A program made the translations under genes and the position numbers. A stretch of 64,000 bases of DNA from NCBI GenBank assembly GCA_019058445.1, contig JAHPZA010000006.1, positions 64,001-128,000 on the forward strand. Direction: 5' to 3'. Source of the stretch: Promethearchaeota archaeon (GTDB taxonomy: Archaea; Asgardarchaeota; Lokiarchaeia; Sigyniarchaeales; SOKP01). Every line of letters starts with the position of its first letter. The first letter of the stretch is position 1. The notes below the pieces were generated by a model. The model had not been told where the DNA came from. It saw only the letters and a list, made by a program, of their open reading frames with translations, and made no database searches. Shown piece after piece: positions 19,193-28,102 of this stretch.

Positions 19193-20608
19193 ATGAATAA
19201 AGAAGATATTTGCTTTATGCCAGCTTCTCAAATGTTAAAAGCAATTAAAACACAAGAGCTTACATCTCTAGAAATAACTGAAACAATTATAGAAAGAATT
19301 GAAAGGATAAATTCAATAATCAATGCTTATTGTACTCCAACATTCGACCTGGCAAGAGAGATGGCAAAAAAAGCCGATGATGCCGTTAAGAAGGGGGAAA
19401 AATTAGGTTCTCTCCATGGTATTCCAACTTCAATAAAAGATTTGAACTTAACGAAAGGGATTAGAACGACGTTTGGGAGTAAAATATTTGAAAATTTTAT
19501 TCCAGGTGAAGATGGGATATGCGTGTCTCGATTAAAAGAAGCAGGTATTGTTATCTTAGGAAAAACTAATACTCCTGAGTTTGGATATGCTGGCATCACG
19601 GATAATAAGATTTTCGGACCAACGAAGAATCCTTGGAATTTAAGTAGGACTCCTGGAGGTTCTAGTGGGGGTGCCACTGCAGCTGTAGCGAGTGGAATTA
19701 GCCCATTAGCATTAGGAGGGGATGGAGGAGGATCAATTAGAGTTCCCTGCAATTTCTGTGGGATATATGGTATTAAACCCCAATATGGTCGAGTTCCAGA
19801 TTATCCCAAATCTGGAATGTCATTTTATTTTACACAAAGAGGTCCCATAGTTAGAAATGTTGAAGATGCGGCTCTAATGCTTGATGTATTAAAAGGACCA
19901 TATGATTTAGATCGAACTTGTTTACCAAAACAAGATATCAGCTACTATGAAAAAGTTAATGATGCTCCAGAAAAACTCAAAATTGGTTATTCCATAAATC
20001 TAGGCTATGCAAAAATAATTGATTCTGATGTGGAAAAATGTATTTTAGATTCGGTTCAAAAATTCGAAAATTTGGGATGGACTGTAGAGGCTGCCAATTT
20101 GAAAATAAGAAGCCCATTTTTAGCGTTTACTACACTCTATACGGCGGCCTTCGCTTACAATTATAGGCCCTATTTAAAAGAATGGAGGGATAAAATGGAT
20201 CCCGATTTCCTTAAGCTGATTGACGCAGGTATGACTTATTCCGGATTAAGCTTAATGAAAGCAATGGATAAACGTATTAAATTTTACGAAAAAATTAACG
20301 AATTGTTCAGAAGTTACGATATTCTGATAACACCTATGGCTGCAATTCCTGCATTCGAGTTAGGGATGATGTTTCCTCCTGAGATTAATGGGGAGGGTGT
20401 GGGTCCAACTGCATGGATGCCATTTTCCTTTCCATTTAATATGACAGGTAATCCTGCGGCATCAATTCCATGTGGATGGTCAAAAGATGGTTTACCAATT
20501 GGAATGCAGATCGTAGGTCCAAAATTTGATGAATTAACCGTATTACAAGTCTCAAAAGCTTTTGAAGAAATAGCTCCCTGGCAAGATAAAAAACCAAAAT
20601 TAGGTTAA
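19193..20608 (+). CDS. Amidase signature family protein
   Basis: SIKD, GKTNTPEF, PGGSSGG, DGGGSIRVP, GLPIGMQIVG. Confidence 0.95.
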   Translation: MNKEDICFMPASQMLKAIKTQELTSLEITETIIERIERINSIINAYCTPTFDLAREMAKKADDAVKKGEKLGSLHGIPTSIKDLNLTKGIRTTFGSKIFENFIPGEDGICVSRLKEAGIVILGKTNTPEFGYAGITDNKIFGPTKNPWNLSRTPGGSSGGATAAVASGISPLALGGDGGGSIRVPCNFCGIYGIKPQYGRVPDYPKSGMSFYFTQRGPIVRNVEDAALMLDVLKGPYDLDRTCLPKQDISYYEKVNDAPEKLKIGYSINLGYAKIIDSDVEKCILDSVQKFENLGWTVEAANLKIRSPFLAFTTLYTAAFAYNYRPYLKEWRDKMDPDFLKLIDAGMTYSGLSLMKAMDKRIKFYEKINELFRSYDILITPMAAIPAFELGMMFPPEINGEGVGPTAWMPFSFPFNMTGNPAASIPCGWSKDGLPIGMQIVGPKFDELTVLQVSKAFEEIAPWQDKKPKLG

Positions 20609-20652
20609 GCCTTTTCTAATATATTATTTATTTTTTTTACTTTCGTTGGTTT

Positions 20653-21765
20653 TTATTTTTCAATTATCGTTTCCTTAATTGCTGTTCCAAAATGGGTTGC
20701 GCCTGGGCCTATATGTACTAGAACCTCATCTCCCACTTTAATATCAACAACAGATTTAGCTTTACCACTAGGATCTACTAGTCTTATTGTTTCGGCATTT
20801 TGACAAATACAATTTATGGGAATTTTTTTATTACCTTTTATTGCTTCTAACTCAAACCTTAACATTGGTCGAGTCTCTATTTTCACACGTCCTACTGAAA
20901 CTATACGAGCTTCTCCTTTAAAATTGACCGCTAAAACCTTTTTACCCCCTTTTAATTCGCTCAAGTAATTTGTGCGATAAATTCTTTCTGGATCATCATC
21001 AGGAACTAGCACATAAGCAGATACATCCCCGGAATTAACACGAAATGGCCTAGAAGCTACAAATTGAGTTTCAAAAGTCTCAGAATGAATTAGACAGAAT
21101 CCTGCAGCCGTTGAACCAACGAGAAATCCTTCTCCTATATTTAGGAGAGATGTGGTATCAACACAAACTCTCTCGCTTTCAGGTATATTTTGGATGCTAA
21201 GTATCTTAGCCTTTGTTAATTCAATATGAAATCCGGTATGGATAAGTGTTTTTAATTCTACAATATCATTTGCATCTTTTGGAGTCATTAAAATTCCATC
21301 AACTCCTACTTCTAAAGTTTTGAGCATTAACTCAGCATCCTTAACATTATCTACTTCAGCGATCAAGTCTGTTTCATTTAAATGCATTTCTGCTATAAGA
21401 TTTTCAAAAGGAATTATTTTCCAATCTTTTGCTGAGACAATAATGAAATCTATATATCCCGTTTTCGAAAGTTCCACAATTTCTTGCTCATCTTCCTTTG
21501 TTTTTAATTCTTTATAGAATCCAATGTTGTTTTCAACTTTCTTTTCTTCTATTTTTCTTAATAAGTTATCCTTATTCTCAAAAACCTTAAATTGGAGAGG
21601 CAAATCCAAATCTTTAGAATAGATCTTTACACGTTCTACATTCTCAAACTCGGGATAAGTGTCCTTCGATACCATAAAACTGAGAATGTCTTTATTAAAC
21701 GCCTCTTGCACTAATTCCTTGAAATCACTGGATTTTTCCTCAAAATTTAAAATTATTCTTTTCAA
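20653..21765 (-). CDS. 3-dehydroquinate synthase II (archaeal oxidative type)
   Basis: DWKIIPFENLIA, LEVGVDG, RVCVDT, RPFRVNSG, VGRVKIETRP, QNAETIRLV, HFG..IKETIIEK. Confidence 0.95.
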   Translation of the reverse strand: MKRIILNFEEKSSDFKELVQEAFNKDILSFMVSKDTYPEFENVERVKIYSKDLDLPLQFKVFENKDNLLRKIEEKKVENNIGFYKELKTKEDEQEIVELSKTGYIDFIIVSAKDWKIIPFENLIAEMHLNETDLIAEVDNVKDAELMLKTLEVGVDGILMTPKDANDIVELKTLIHTGFHIELTKAKILSIQNIPESERVCVDTTSLLNIGEGFLVGSTAAGFCLIHSETFETQFVASRPFRVNSGDVSAYVLVPDDDPERIYRTNYLSELKGGKKVLAVNFKGEARIVSVGRVKIETRPMLRFELEAIKGNKKIPINCICQNAETIRLVDPSGKAKSVVDIKVGDEVLVHIGPGATHFGTAIKETIIEK

Positions 21766-21931
21766 CTTACATCATTCTCTAAAGTATTAATTTGAAAAAT
21801 TATATTTATTATAAGAATGTTAAATATAATACTCTTTTCAAGAAACTAGCGAAATCAAAAATTAGTTCAGTCAAAAACTTGTTATAAAATTAATGATTTT
21901 TCAATGTAAATTATAAAGTTAAGATCTTACT

Positions 21932-22336
21932 ATGGATGATATCAAAGATTCGCTTATCAAACACATTCCATTTTATAGTACTCTCGGATTTAGGCTCATT
22001 GAGATACAAGACGGACATGCTCACTTTGAGATAGATCTTAGAGAAGAACTCACTCAGAATGGAATGGTTCATGGTGGCGTCCTTGCATCTATGATCGATT
22101 CTACCTGTGCATGCGCGGCATATTCTCTTATTTATCCTAAGGGATGGGTTACTACAATAGATCTTCAAGTCTCCTACCTTAAACCTGTATCACAAGGTAC
22201 TTTAATTGCAAAAGCAGAATGTCTGAGAACTGGAAAGAATATCTCCTTTTGTGAATCTAAAATTTACAATGAAAAGGGAGAATTAATCTGAATCGGAACT
22301 TCTCAGCTTCTTAGAGTGGCTCCACTAACAAAATAA
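21932..22336 (+). CDS. PaaI-family (hotdog) thioesterase with in-frame TGA at 22289-22291
   Basis: NGMVHGGVLASMID, TTIDLQVSYLKPV; reading through the TGA adds IGTSQLLRVAPLTK-TAA, the expected last beta-strand. Confidence 0.8.
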
Positions 22337-22546
22337 AGTCTTAATTTCCTTATATTAGCATAGTAAAAATTTAATAATATAAAATTTGGACTACATAAAT
22401 TTTTAAATATTAAAAAAGCTTATTTTAGTAGGTTAAATTGATATTAAAACATAATAAATTTTATAATTATTTAGTTTATATTTAATATAAAAGAAAAGTA
22501 TTAAACATTTACATCTAAATACAAAAAAGTAGAGGAGAATAAAGCT

Positions 22547-23203
22547 ATGGCAAAAATTGGTAAGAAACTCTTCCCTAGGAAAGCCCAAGAAAAGGACAAG
22601 CTAGTTACTCAAGTGAAGAGATATACTCGTCAATTAGGTATTCGATCTAAAAATTATCAAAAGCGAGCCGAAGTAAGTAGAAAAAATGCCAAGATCGCTT
22701 TACAAAGGGGGGAAAAAGAACGTGCTAAAAGTTATTTAGTACAGTATAAACAGTATCAAATGAAAGTTGATAGAACCAATAACATCAGAACAAAATTTGA
22801 TAGACAAATTGAAGCCTTGGAAGAAGGGGCTGCAATTGCACAATCTGGAAATTTTATGGCAAAAATGCGAGATGAGTTAAAAACTATTGCTACTAAAGCC
22901 TCTCCTGAGGCAATTGCCGAAATTTCAGAAGATTCTGAGATGTATGTTTCTGAAATTGAAGAGGCTGGAGATATTCTTGCTGGTGATCTTGAGATTGATC
23001 TTGGAATAGATGTTTCAGATATGCTTGATCAACTTGAAACTGAAATGCTTTTAGATGCAAGTGGTTCAATGCCAGCTGTACCTGAAGGAGATTTTCCAGA
23101 GTACATTTCAGATATAGAACTCGAATCTGAGGAGGAAGAAATTAAGTCAAAAGCAAAACTTCAAGAAGAAATAGAAAAATTAAAAAAGGAATTAAGTGAA
23201 TAA
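22547..23203 (+). CDS. Snf7-family ESCRT-III protein
   Basis: Basic N-terminal helical hairpin (AKIALQRGEKERAKSYL), acidic C-terminal half, MPAVP and terminal KLQEEIEKLKKEL helix; GAGGAG RBS-like sequence upstream. Confidence 0.82.
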   Translation: MAKIGKKLFPRKAQEKDKLVTQVKRYTRQLGIRSKNYQKRAEVSRKNAKIALQRGEKERAKSYLVQYKQYQMKVDRTNNIRTKFDRQIEALEEGAAIAQSGNFMAKMRDELKTIATKASPEAIAEISEDSEMYVSEIEEAGDILAGDLEIDLGIDVSDMLDQLETEMLLDASGSMPAVPEGDFPEYISDIELESEEEEIKSKAKLQEEIEKLKKELSE

Positions 23204-23263
23204 CTTTTTTTGAAAAATTTATCTTCTTTTTAATGAGGTAGGATTTTTTTACAAACCTTTATT

Positions 23264-24289
23264 TTATTTAAGTTGTTTCGTTGCCAAGACCATATTCTTT
23301 AATTTTCTAACAGCTATTTGATATGCAAATTCTTCACTTTCAAAAGTCTTTTTCAATGCTCCAAACCCACAATCGCTTTTTATGAATAAATTATCTTTCC
23401 CATAAAGATCGATTCCTTTCTCAATATAATTTTTCAAGAAGTCAATCTTTTCCACATAATCATCTATGCCCGCGTCCTTTTTAGGAGACAAATTGGTTTG
23501 AACAGTTCCCATAGCTAAATATTTTTCATTATCCTCAAGATGTTTCTTCTCAAATACTTTAAAGTTAACCTCACTTGTGCGAAATTCGTGATCCATGATT
23601 TTTACATCAGTTTGTAAAAGGATATCACGTAAATAAGGACTTATTCTACCACAAACATGAATAGACGGCAAACCTTTTATGCCTGATAACGCTTTATTTA
23701 AGGTTTTAATGATAAAATCTTCTGTATGAAAAAATATTTTTCTCCCAACTAGTAAACCTAATATTGGCTCATCCATAGAGATGATATTGATGCCCATATC
23801 GTTGTAAGCTTTGCCAATTTCTTTCATAATCTCAGCAAATTTATCAACAATCCAACTAAGCATAATTGCCCTATGTTCATTAAATATTTTCAGTTCTATA
23901 CCCTTGGAAAGTTCTTCTCGAAGTAAAACCTCACTTGCCAAGGTAAAGGGTCCCGTCAAACATGCTTTAGTACCTTTAATTTGTTCATTAAGATCAGGGT
24001 GTTCATTTAAATAATTCACCATAAATTCTCCATATTCTAAAGCGACTGGCTTATCAGGAATTTTGAAGTCATCTCCCAAATAAAACACTTCAGGTTCAGT
24101 CTCTTCTAATGGTTCAATTATTTTAGACAACGGAGAGAGAAATTGGGGATTCATTGGTACCAGTTGTGCATAACATGGATAGTCAATCCCAATATGAATC
24201 ATGTCTTCAAATCCTCTTTGCATATTTTCTTCTGTGTTGCTAAGGGGAAGTGAACCAACACATGTAGTAAAAAACCCTTCTTTTTCCAT
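23264..24289 (-). CDS. Core cobalamin-independent methionine synthase (MetE C-terminal / methylcobamide-type)
   Basis: TTCVGSLP, TGPFTLA, SMDEP, Zn ligands HVC, E and DCG. Confidence 0.85.
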   Translation of the reverse strand: MEKEGFFTTCVGSLPLSNTEENMQRGFEDMIHIGIDYPCYAQLVPMNPQFLSPLSKIIEPLEETEPEVFYLGDDFKIPDKPVALEYGEFMVNYLNEHPDLNEQIKGTKACLTGPFTLASEVLLREELSKGIELKIFNEHRAIMLSWIVDKFAEIMKEIGKAYNDMGINIISMDEPILGLLVGRKIFFHTEDFIIKTLNKALSGIKGLPSIHVCGRISPYLRDILLQTDVKIMDHEFRTSEVNFKVFEKKHLEDNEKYLAMGTVQTNLSPKKDAGIDDYVEKIDFLKNYIEKGIDLYGKDNLFIKSDCGFGALKKTFESEEFAYQIAVRKLKNMVLATKQLK

Positions 24290-24351
24290 ATCTTAAATTA
24301 ATATTGTTGAAATTATAAAGGTTATTGAAATATGAAAAAGGATGAAGAATA

Positions 24352-26394
24352 TTAGAAAGTATATTTTTTTTTACTGTAATTCCTTCTTCGAAACATCTCA
24401 TCATCAAGCGCATCTTTTAGCTTTTCAATTTTTTTTTCGATTGAATAAATATCTTTCTGTAGTTTTTTGTAGGTCCTGAAATAATCAACATCTGAAATTA
24501 CACCACTTTCAAACTTAGTCTCAAGTTCTTTTATAGTTTTCTTAAGACTGTATTGCTCTCGTTTTAATATAATCATCCGTTTCTGGTCTTCTTTATTTTT
24601 TTCATTATAGGCTTTTCTCAAATTATTTGGATTTTGTAAGGAAGGATCATTGGGATCAAAGAATTCAGATAAATGGTTTTTTTGAAAGTCTTGAAAGAAA
24701 TAATTATTATAGGAATGATCTGAAGTATTCTGGGCACCAAACTGATTGATTGAATCATTGTTTACTTGATCCATGTAGGGCTGCATTTCTTGGTCAAATT
24801 TATGCATTTTTTCTAATCTTTTCATAAGAATATTTCTCTCATCAAGGTCTAAGTCCTTATCATGAGAATAGGTTGTTGGATATTGTTGGTGATGATTCAA
24901 ATTGAACTCATCATGAGGATGATAATTTTGGTATCTATGAGGTTGAGAATTATTTTGAGAGTAAAACCGACTATGCTCAAAGTTATAGGGCACTGAAGGG
25001 CTCATAGATCTGTAGTAATACTCCTCGGGACTTTGAAGCTGTGAAGCAGGATAGAAATGTTTTTGAGGCCAAACTGGTGGAGGATTACGATTTTGATAAA
25101 AAGGATGTTGAGATTTAAAATATTCTGAATTCAATTGAGTATTATCATTTCTTTCAAGCTCCTTTTTTTGCTTTAAATTCAGTTTTTTATTATATTTAAT
25201 TTTCAAACTAAAGAAAGAGTTTATTCCTTCTTCTATATATCTCATTAAATCATTTAAATCGATGTCAATTTCTTGAAGATTAGTAGCAATCTCATAGTTA
25301 TATAAATCATGTTCTTGAAATGATCTAGCCAAAACGATATAATCAATCACCTTCGAAATAATATTTGCTGGAAATGAAAATTCATATTTACCATAATCGA
25401 ATTGAACGAATAGTTTTTTAAAGATCTTACCCTTATCGGCAAGGTTTATTAAATCATTTATAGGAGCTTTAAAAATTAATTCCTGCTTTTTTTTAATCAT
25501 CCCATATTCATGAACAAAAGATAAATCAAAGTTGGTAATAAACAGGAGACCTTTATTTTTCTTTATAAATTTATTCTGATGATTCATTCCATTTATGAGA
25601 GTTGTTTTTACAGCATAGACCGGTTTTTCATCTTCTGCTAAATTGAGAAATCTTTTATAGGGTAGAAAGAGTTTTTTTATTTTTTCTATAAACTTAAGAT
25701 TTTTTTGAAATCCATCCAATTTTTCGTAAAGTTCCTTATTATTATCCGTGATAAATTTATTTATCGATTCATGACTTCTAAAAACATTATCCAGTATATT
25801 CTCTATGATTCTTATATTAGAATTAGGTTGATTGTATATTTCAAAAAAGAATTCTTTATTTAGTGCTAAATGACGAAAGTGAGTATTTATTTTTTCTAAC
25901 AATGTCTCTTTTATGTGAATAATTTGTCTAAAAAGAACTAATAATTCAGACTCCATTTTTGGATAATGAAAGCACTTTATCGGAGGACTTCTTGCTACTT
26001 TAATTTTATGCCTTAAAATATACAATTCATTTATTATATCACGTAAAGGTTGAATAAAGGAACGAGTATCTTTAATTAAATCTAAAAATTTCTGCTCTAA
26101 TTCCTCTTTTTTTTCATATATATTTAAAATTTTATGAGAATGACATTTTGGACACGATTTAAGGTGTTGAGTCACTTTATTTATATTTTCCGTACCACAG
26201 TCTTTGCAAACTTTCTTTCCATTTGAGTCAAAAAACTCAATATTTTTAGAATTACATTCTTGACATATAAAGTAATCAACTCTTTCATCATGTAAACAAT
26301 CAGAACAACAACTAACGCCACATTCTTCGCAGTAATAAGCGAGTTTCACATGTTTTTGACAAAAACGGCATAACTGTAAGTCTTTATCTGACAT
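24352..26394 (-). CDS. Multidomain protein: B-box-like Zn fingers, coiled coil, PH-like domain, Q/N/Y/P-rich region, putative steadiness box
   Basis: Six CxxC pairs at the N-terminus; GLLFITNFDLSF PH/GRAM-like strand; C-terminal TIKELETKFESGVISDVDYFRTYKKL; ATG 26394 preferred over TTG 26445. Confidence 0.7.
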   Translation of the reverse strand: MSDKDLQLCRFCQKHVKLAYYCEECGVSCCSDCLHDERVDYFICQECNSKNIEFFDSNGKKVCKDCGTENINKVTQHLKSCPKCHSHKILNIYEKKEELEQKFLDLIKDTRSFIQPLRDIINELYILRHKIKVARSPPIKCFHYPKMESELLVLFRQIIHIKETLLEKINTHFRHLALNKEFFFEIYNQPNSNIRIIENILDNVFRSHESINKFITDNNKELYEKLDGFQKNLKFIEKIKKLFLPYKRFLNLAEDEKPVYAVKTTLINGMNHQNKFIKKNKGLLFITNFDLSFVHEYGMIKKKQELIFKAPINDLINLADKGKIFKKLFVQFDYGKYEFSFPANIISKVIDYIVLARSFQEHDLYNYEIATNLQEIDIDLNDLMRYIEEGINSFFSLKIKYNKKLNLKQKKELERNDNTQLNSEYFKSQHPFYQNRNPPPVWPQKHFYPASQLQSPEEYYYRSMSPSVPYNFEHSRFYSQNNSQPHRYQNYHPHDEFNLNHHQQYPTTYSHDKDLDLDERNILMKRLEKMHKFDQEMQPYMDQVNNDSINQFGAQNTSDHSYNNYFFQDFQKNHLSEFFDPNDPSLQNPNNLRKAYNEKNKEDQKRMIILKREQYSLKKTIKELETKFESGVISDVDYFRTYKKLQKDIYSIEKKIEKLKDALDDEMFRRRNYSKKKYTF

Positions 26395-26604
26395 TTTCAA
26401 CCTTGTTTTTTTGATAATTAGAAGAATTAAATTTAATTTTATCAAGAATAGTAGAAGAGAATGGATAAAAAATGACTATGTTATTTGAATATTATCTTTT
26501 AAAATGGTAAAAAAAGAGGTTTTATGAGATTTTCTAAGGACTTTTAGAAATGAAATATGGAGTTATTTCTAATTTTAATATTTTAAAAAATGTGATTAAA
26601 TTCT

Positions 26605-27924
26605 TTATTCTAGTTGAATTTGAATGTATTCCGCCTGGGTCCTCAATAATTCATCTAATATTTTTTTCGCTTGCCAATAAGTTTCCACTACAGGATCGGC
26701 GAGTAAAGCTTGCAGTGCCAAATCTTTTGATTTTTTAAGAATTGCTTCCACAACAAGATCTTGAACTCCAGCTTCTGTTCTAATAAGAGCTGCAAGTCCT
26801 TTAGGATACTTTCCAAGTTCGATACCATTAACTCCGTTTTTATTTATTATTGCTGGACATTCTACGATTAAGTCTCGAGGTAAATTTGTAAAAACATTAT
26901 CATTTGGGATGTTCACTGAAGGTTCTTCATAATTTGCATCGTTCAAAATTCCTTCAATTATTTGAATTTCACGTTCTTCATTTGCTCTGATAATTTGGGC
27001 ACATTTTCCCTTTCTAATAAATCTTTTAAGCTTTTTAAACTCAAAGTCTAAAAAATTCTCATAATCTCTCACGAATTTCCGTATAGCAGAAATATCTGAT
27101 TTTTCCCATGCCCAATGGATGTACTCTCCATAATGGCTATCACTTGTATAAGGTAAATATTTATATGTTTCCAGTATGAAAGCAGTTAAATTATAACCAT
27201 TATCTAAATATGGTCCATGTTCAATAGATCTTAAGATTTCAGGACCTCGTTTATAAATATCGGGATAAGCATCTTGTCCAGTGTTTCGATATTTAATACT
27301 TAAAATGACACCAAAATGATTAAGACCACCTGCTTTAATCTCAAGATTTGAAACTGGAGTGTTAAGAATTTTTTCTAATATCGGCATAAAATGTTGATAT
27401 TCATGACAAAGTCCTACAAATTTTAAGAAAGGAAATTCCCTTTTGATCGCAAGGCATATTCGGCTTAAAGGATTTGAATAATTAATAATAAAAGCGTCTG
27501 GACAAATTTTTTTAATATCTTTACAGATTTCCAATATCGGAGGTATCACTCTCAAGGAATGAAAAAGTCCCCCTGGACCTCCATTTTCGCCAGTAACTTG
27601 TTTATTTCCAAATTCTTGAGGTATTCTATAATCCATGTCTAATAATTTAAATCTTGGTGGAATTTCTATTGAATTTATGATAAATGTAGCATTATTCAAT
27701 GCATCTGGTCTGGAAATTGTATATTCCAAACTAAAATCCAACTTTTTTTCATCAATTACAGATTGACAAGCTTGATAAGTTGATTCTAAAGTTTCTGCGT
27801 TTATGTCATGAAGACATATTCTTGATCCTTCCAGAATCTTGCTATTTAGTATATTCCCCATACAACTTAGACCAAATTGGAATGACCCAGCTCCTAATAA
27901 TACAATTTTTTGATTTCGCGGCAT
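26605..27924 (-). CDS. Glycoside hydrolase family 4 (NAD+/Mn-dependent alpha-galactosidase/glucosidase)
   Basis: GAGS, GENGGPGG, NYSNP, GLCH, GLNH, DSHYGEY, VECP. Confidence 0.93.
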   Translation of the reverse strand: MPRNQKIVLLGAGSFQFGLSCMGNILNSKILEGSRICLHDINAETLESTYQACQSVIDEKKLDFSLEYTISRPDALNNATFIINSIEIPPRFKLLDMDYRIPQEFGNKQVTGENGGPGGLFHSLRVIPPILEICKDIKKICPDAFIINYSNPLSRICLAIKREFPFLKFVGLCHEYQHFMPILEKILNTPVSNLEIKAGGLNHFGVILSIKYRNTGQDAYPDIYKRGPEILRSIEHGPYLDNGYNLTAFILETYKYLPYTSDSHYGEYIHWAWEKSDISAIRKFVRDYENFLDFEFKKLKRFIRKGKCAQIIRANEEREIQIIEGILNDANYEEPSVNIPNDNVFTNLPRDLIVECPAIINKNGVNGIELGKYPKGLAALIRTEAGVQDLVVEAILKKSKDLALQALLADPVVETYWQAKKILDELLRTQAEYIQIQLE

Positions 27925-28102
27925 TATTAATTTAACTTAATAGTTTTCTAAAATAAATATCAATATTTACATTCTTGTTAACATCATATTTATATTTTTA
28001 AAATAGAAAGAAAAAGCAATCTAATTGAAAGATATTAATAAATCGGATTTTTATTAAATTACAAAAAAAGAGTCATTAAGTATTAAAATCTGATTTTAGA
28101 TT

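Noticed and set aside
19327-19752. 141-aa antisense ORF inside the amidase
   Set aside because: Shadow of the Gly/Ser-rich amidase signature region; no independent motifs
19193-20608. Calling the amidase GatA
   Set aside because: No gatB/gatC adjacent and it lacks the GatA-specific features I would expect; kept as a generic amidase
21885-21930. ATGA..AAA..GA upstream of the PaaI gene as a possible 5' SECIS
   Set aside because: The intervening sequence cannot form the required helix
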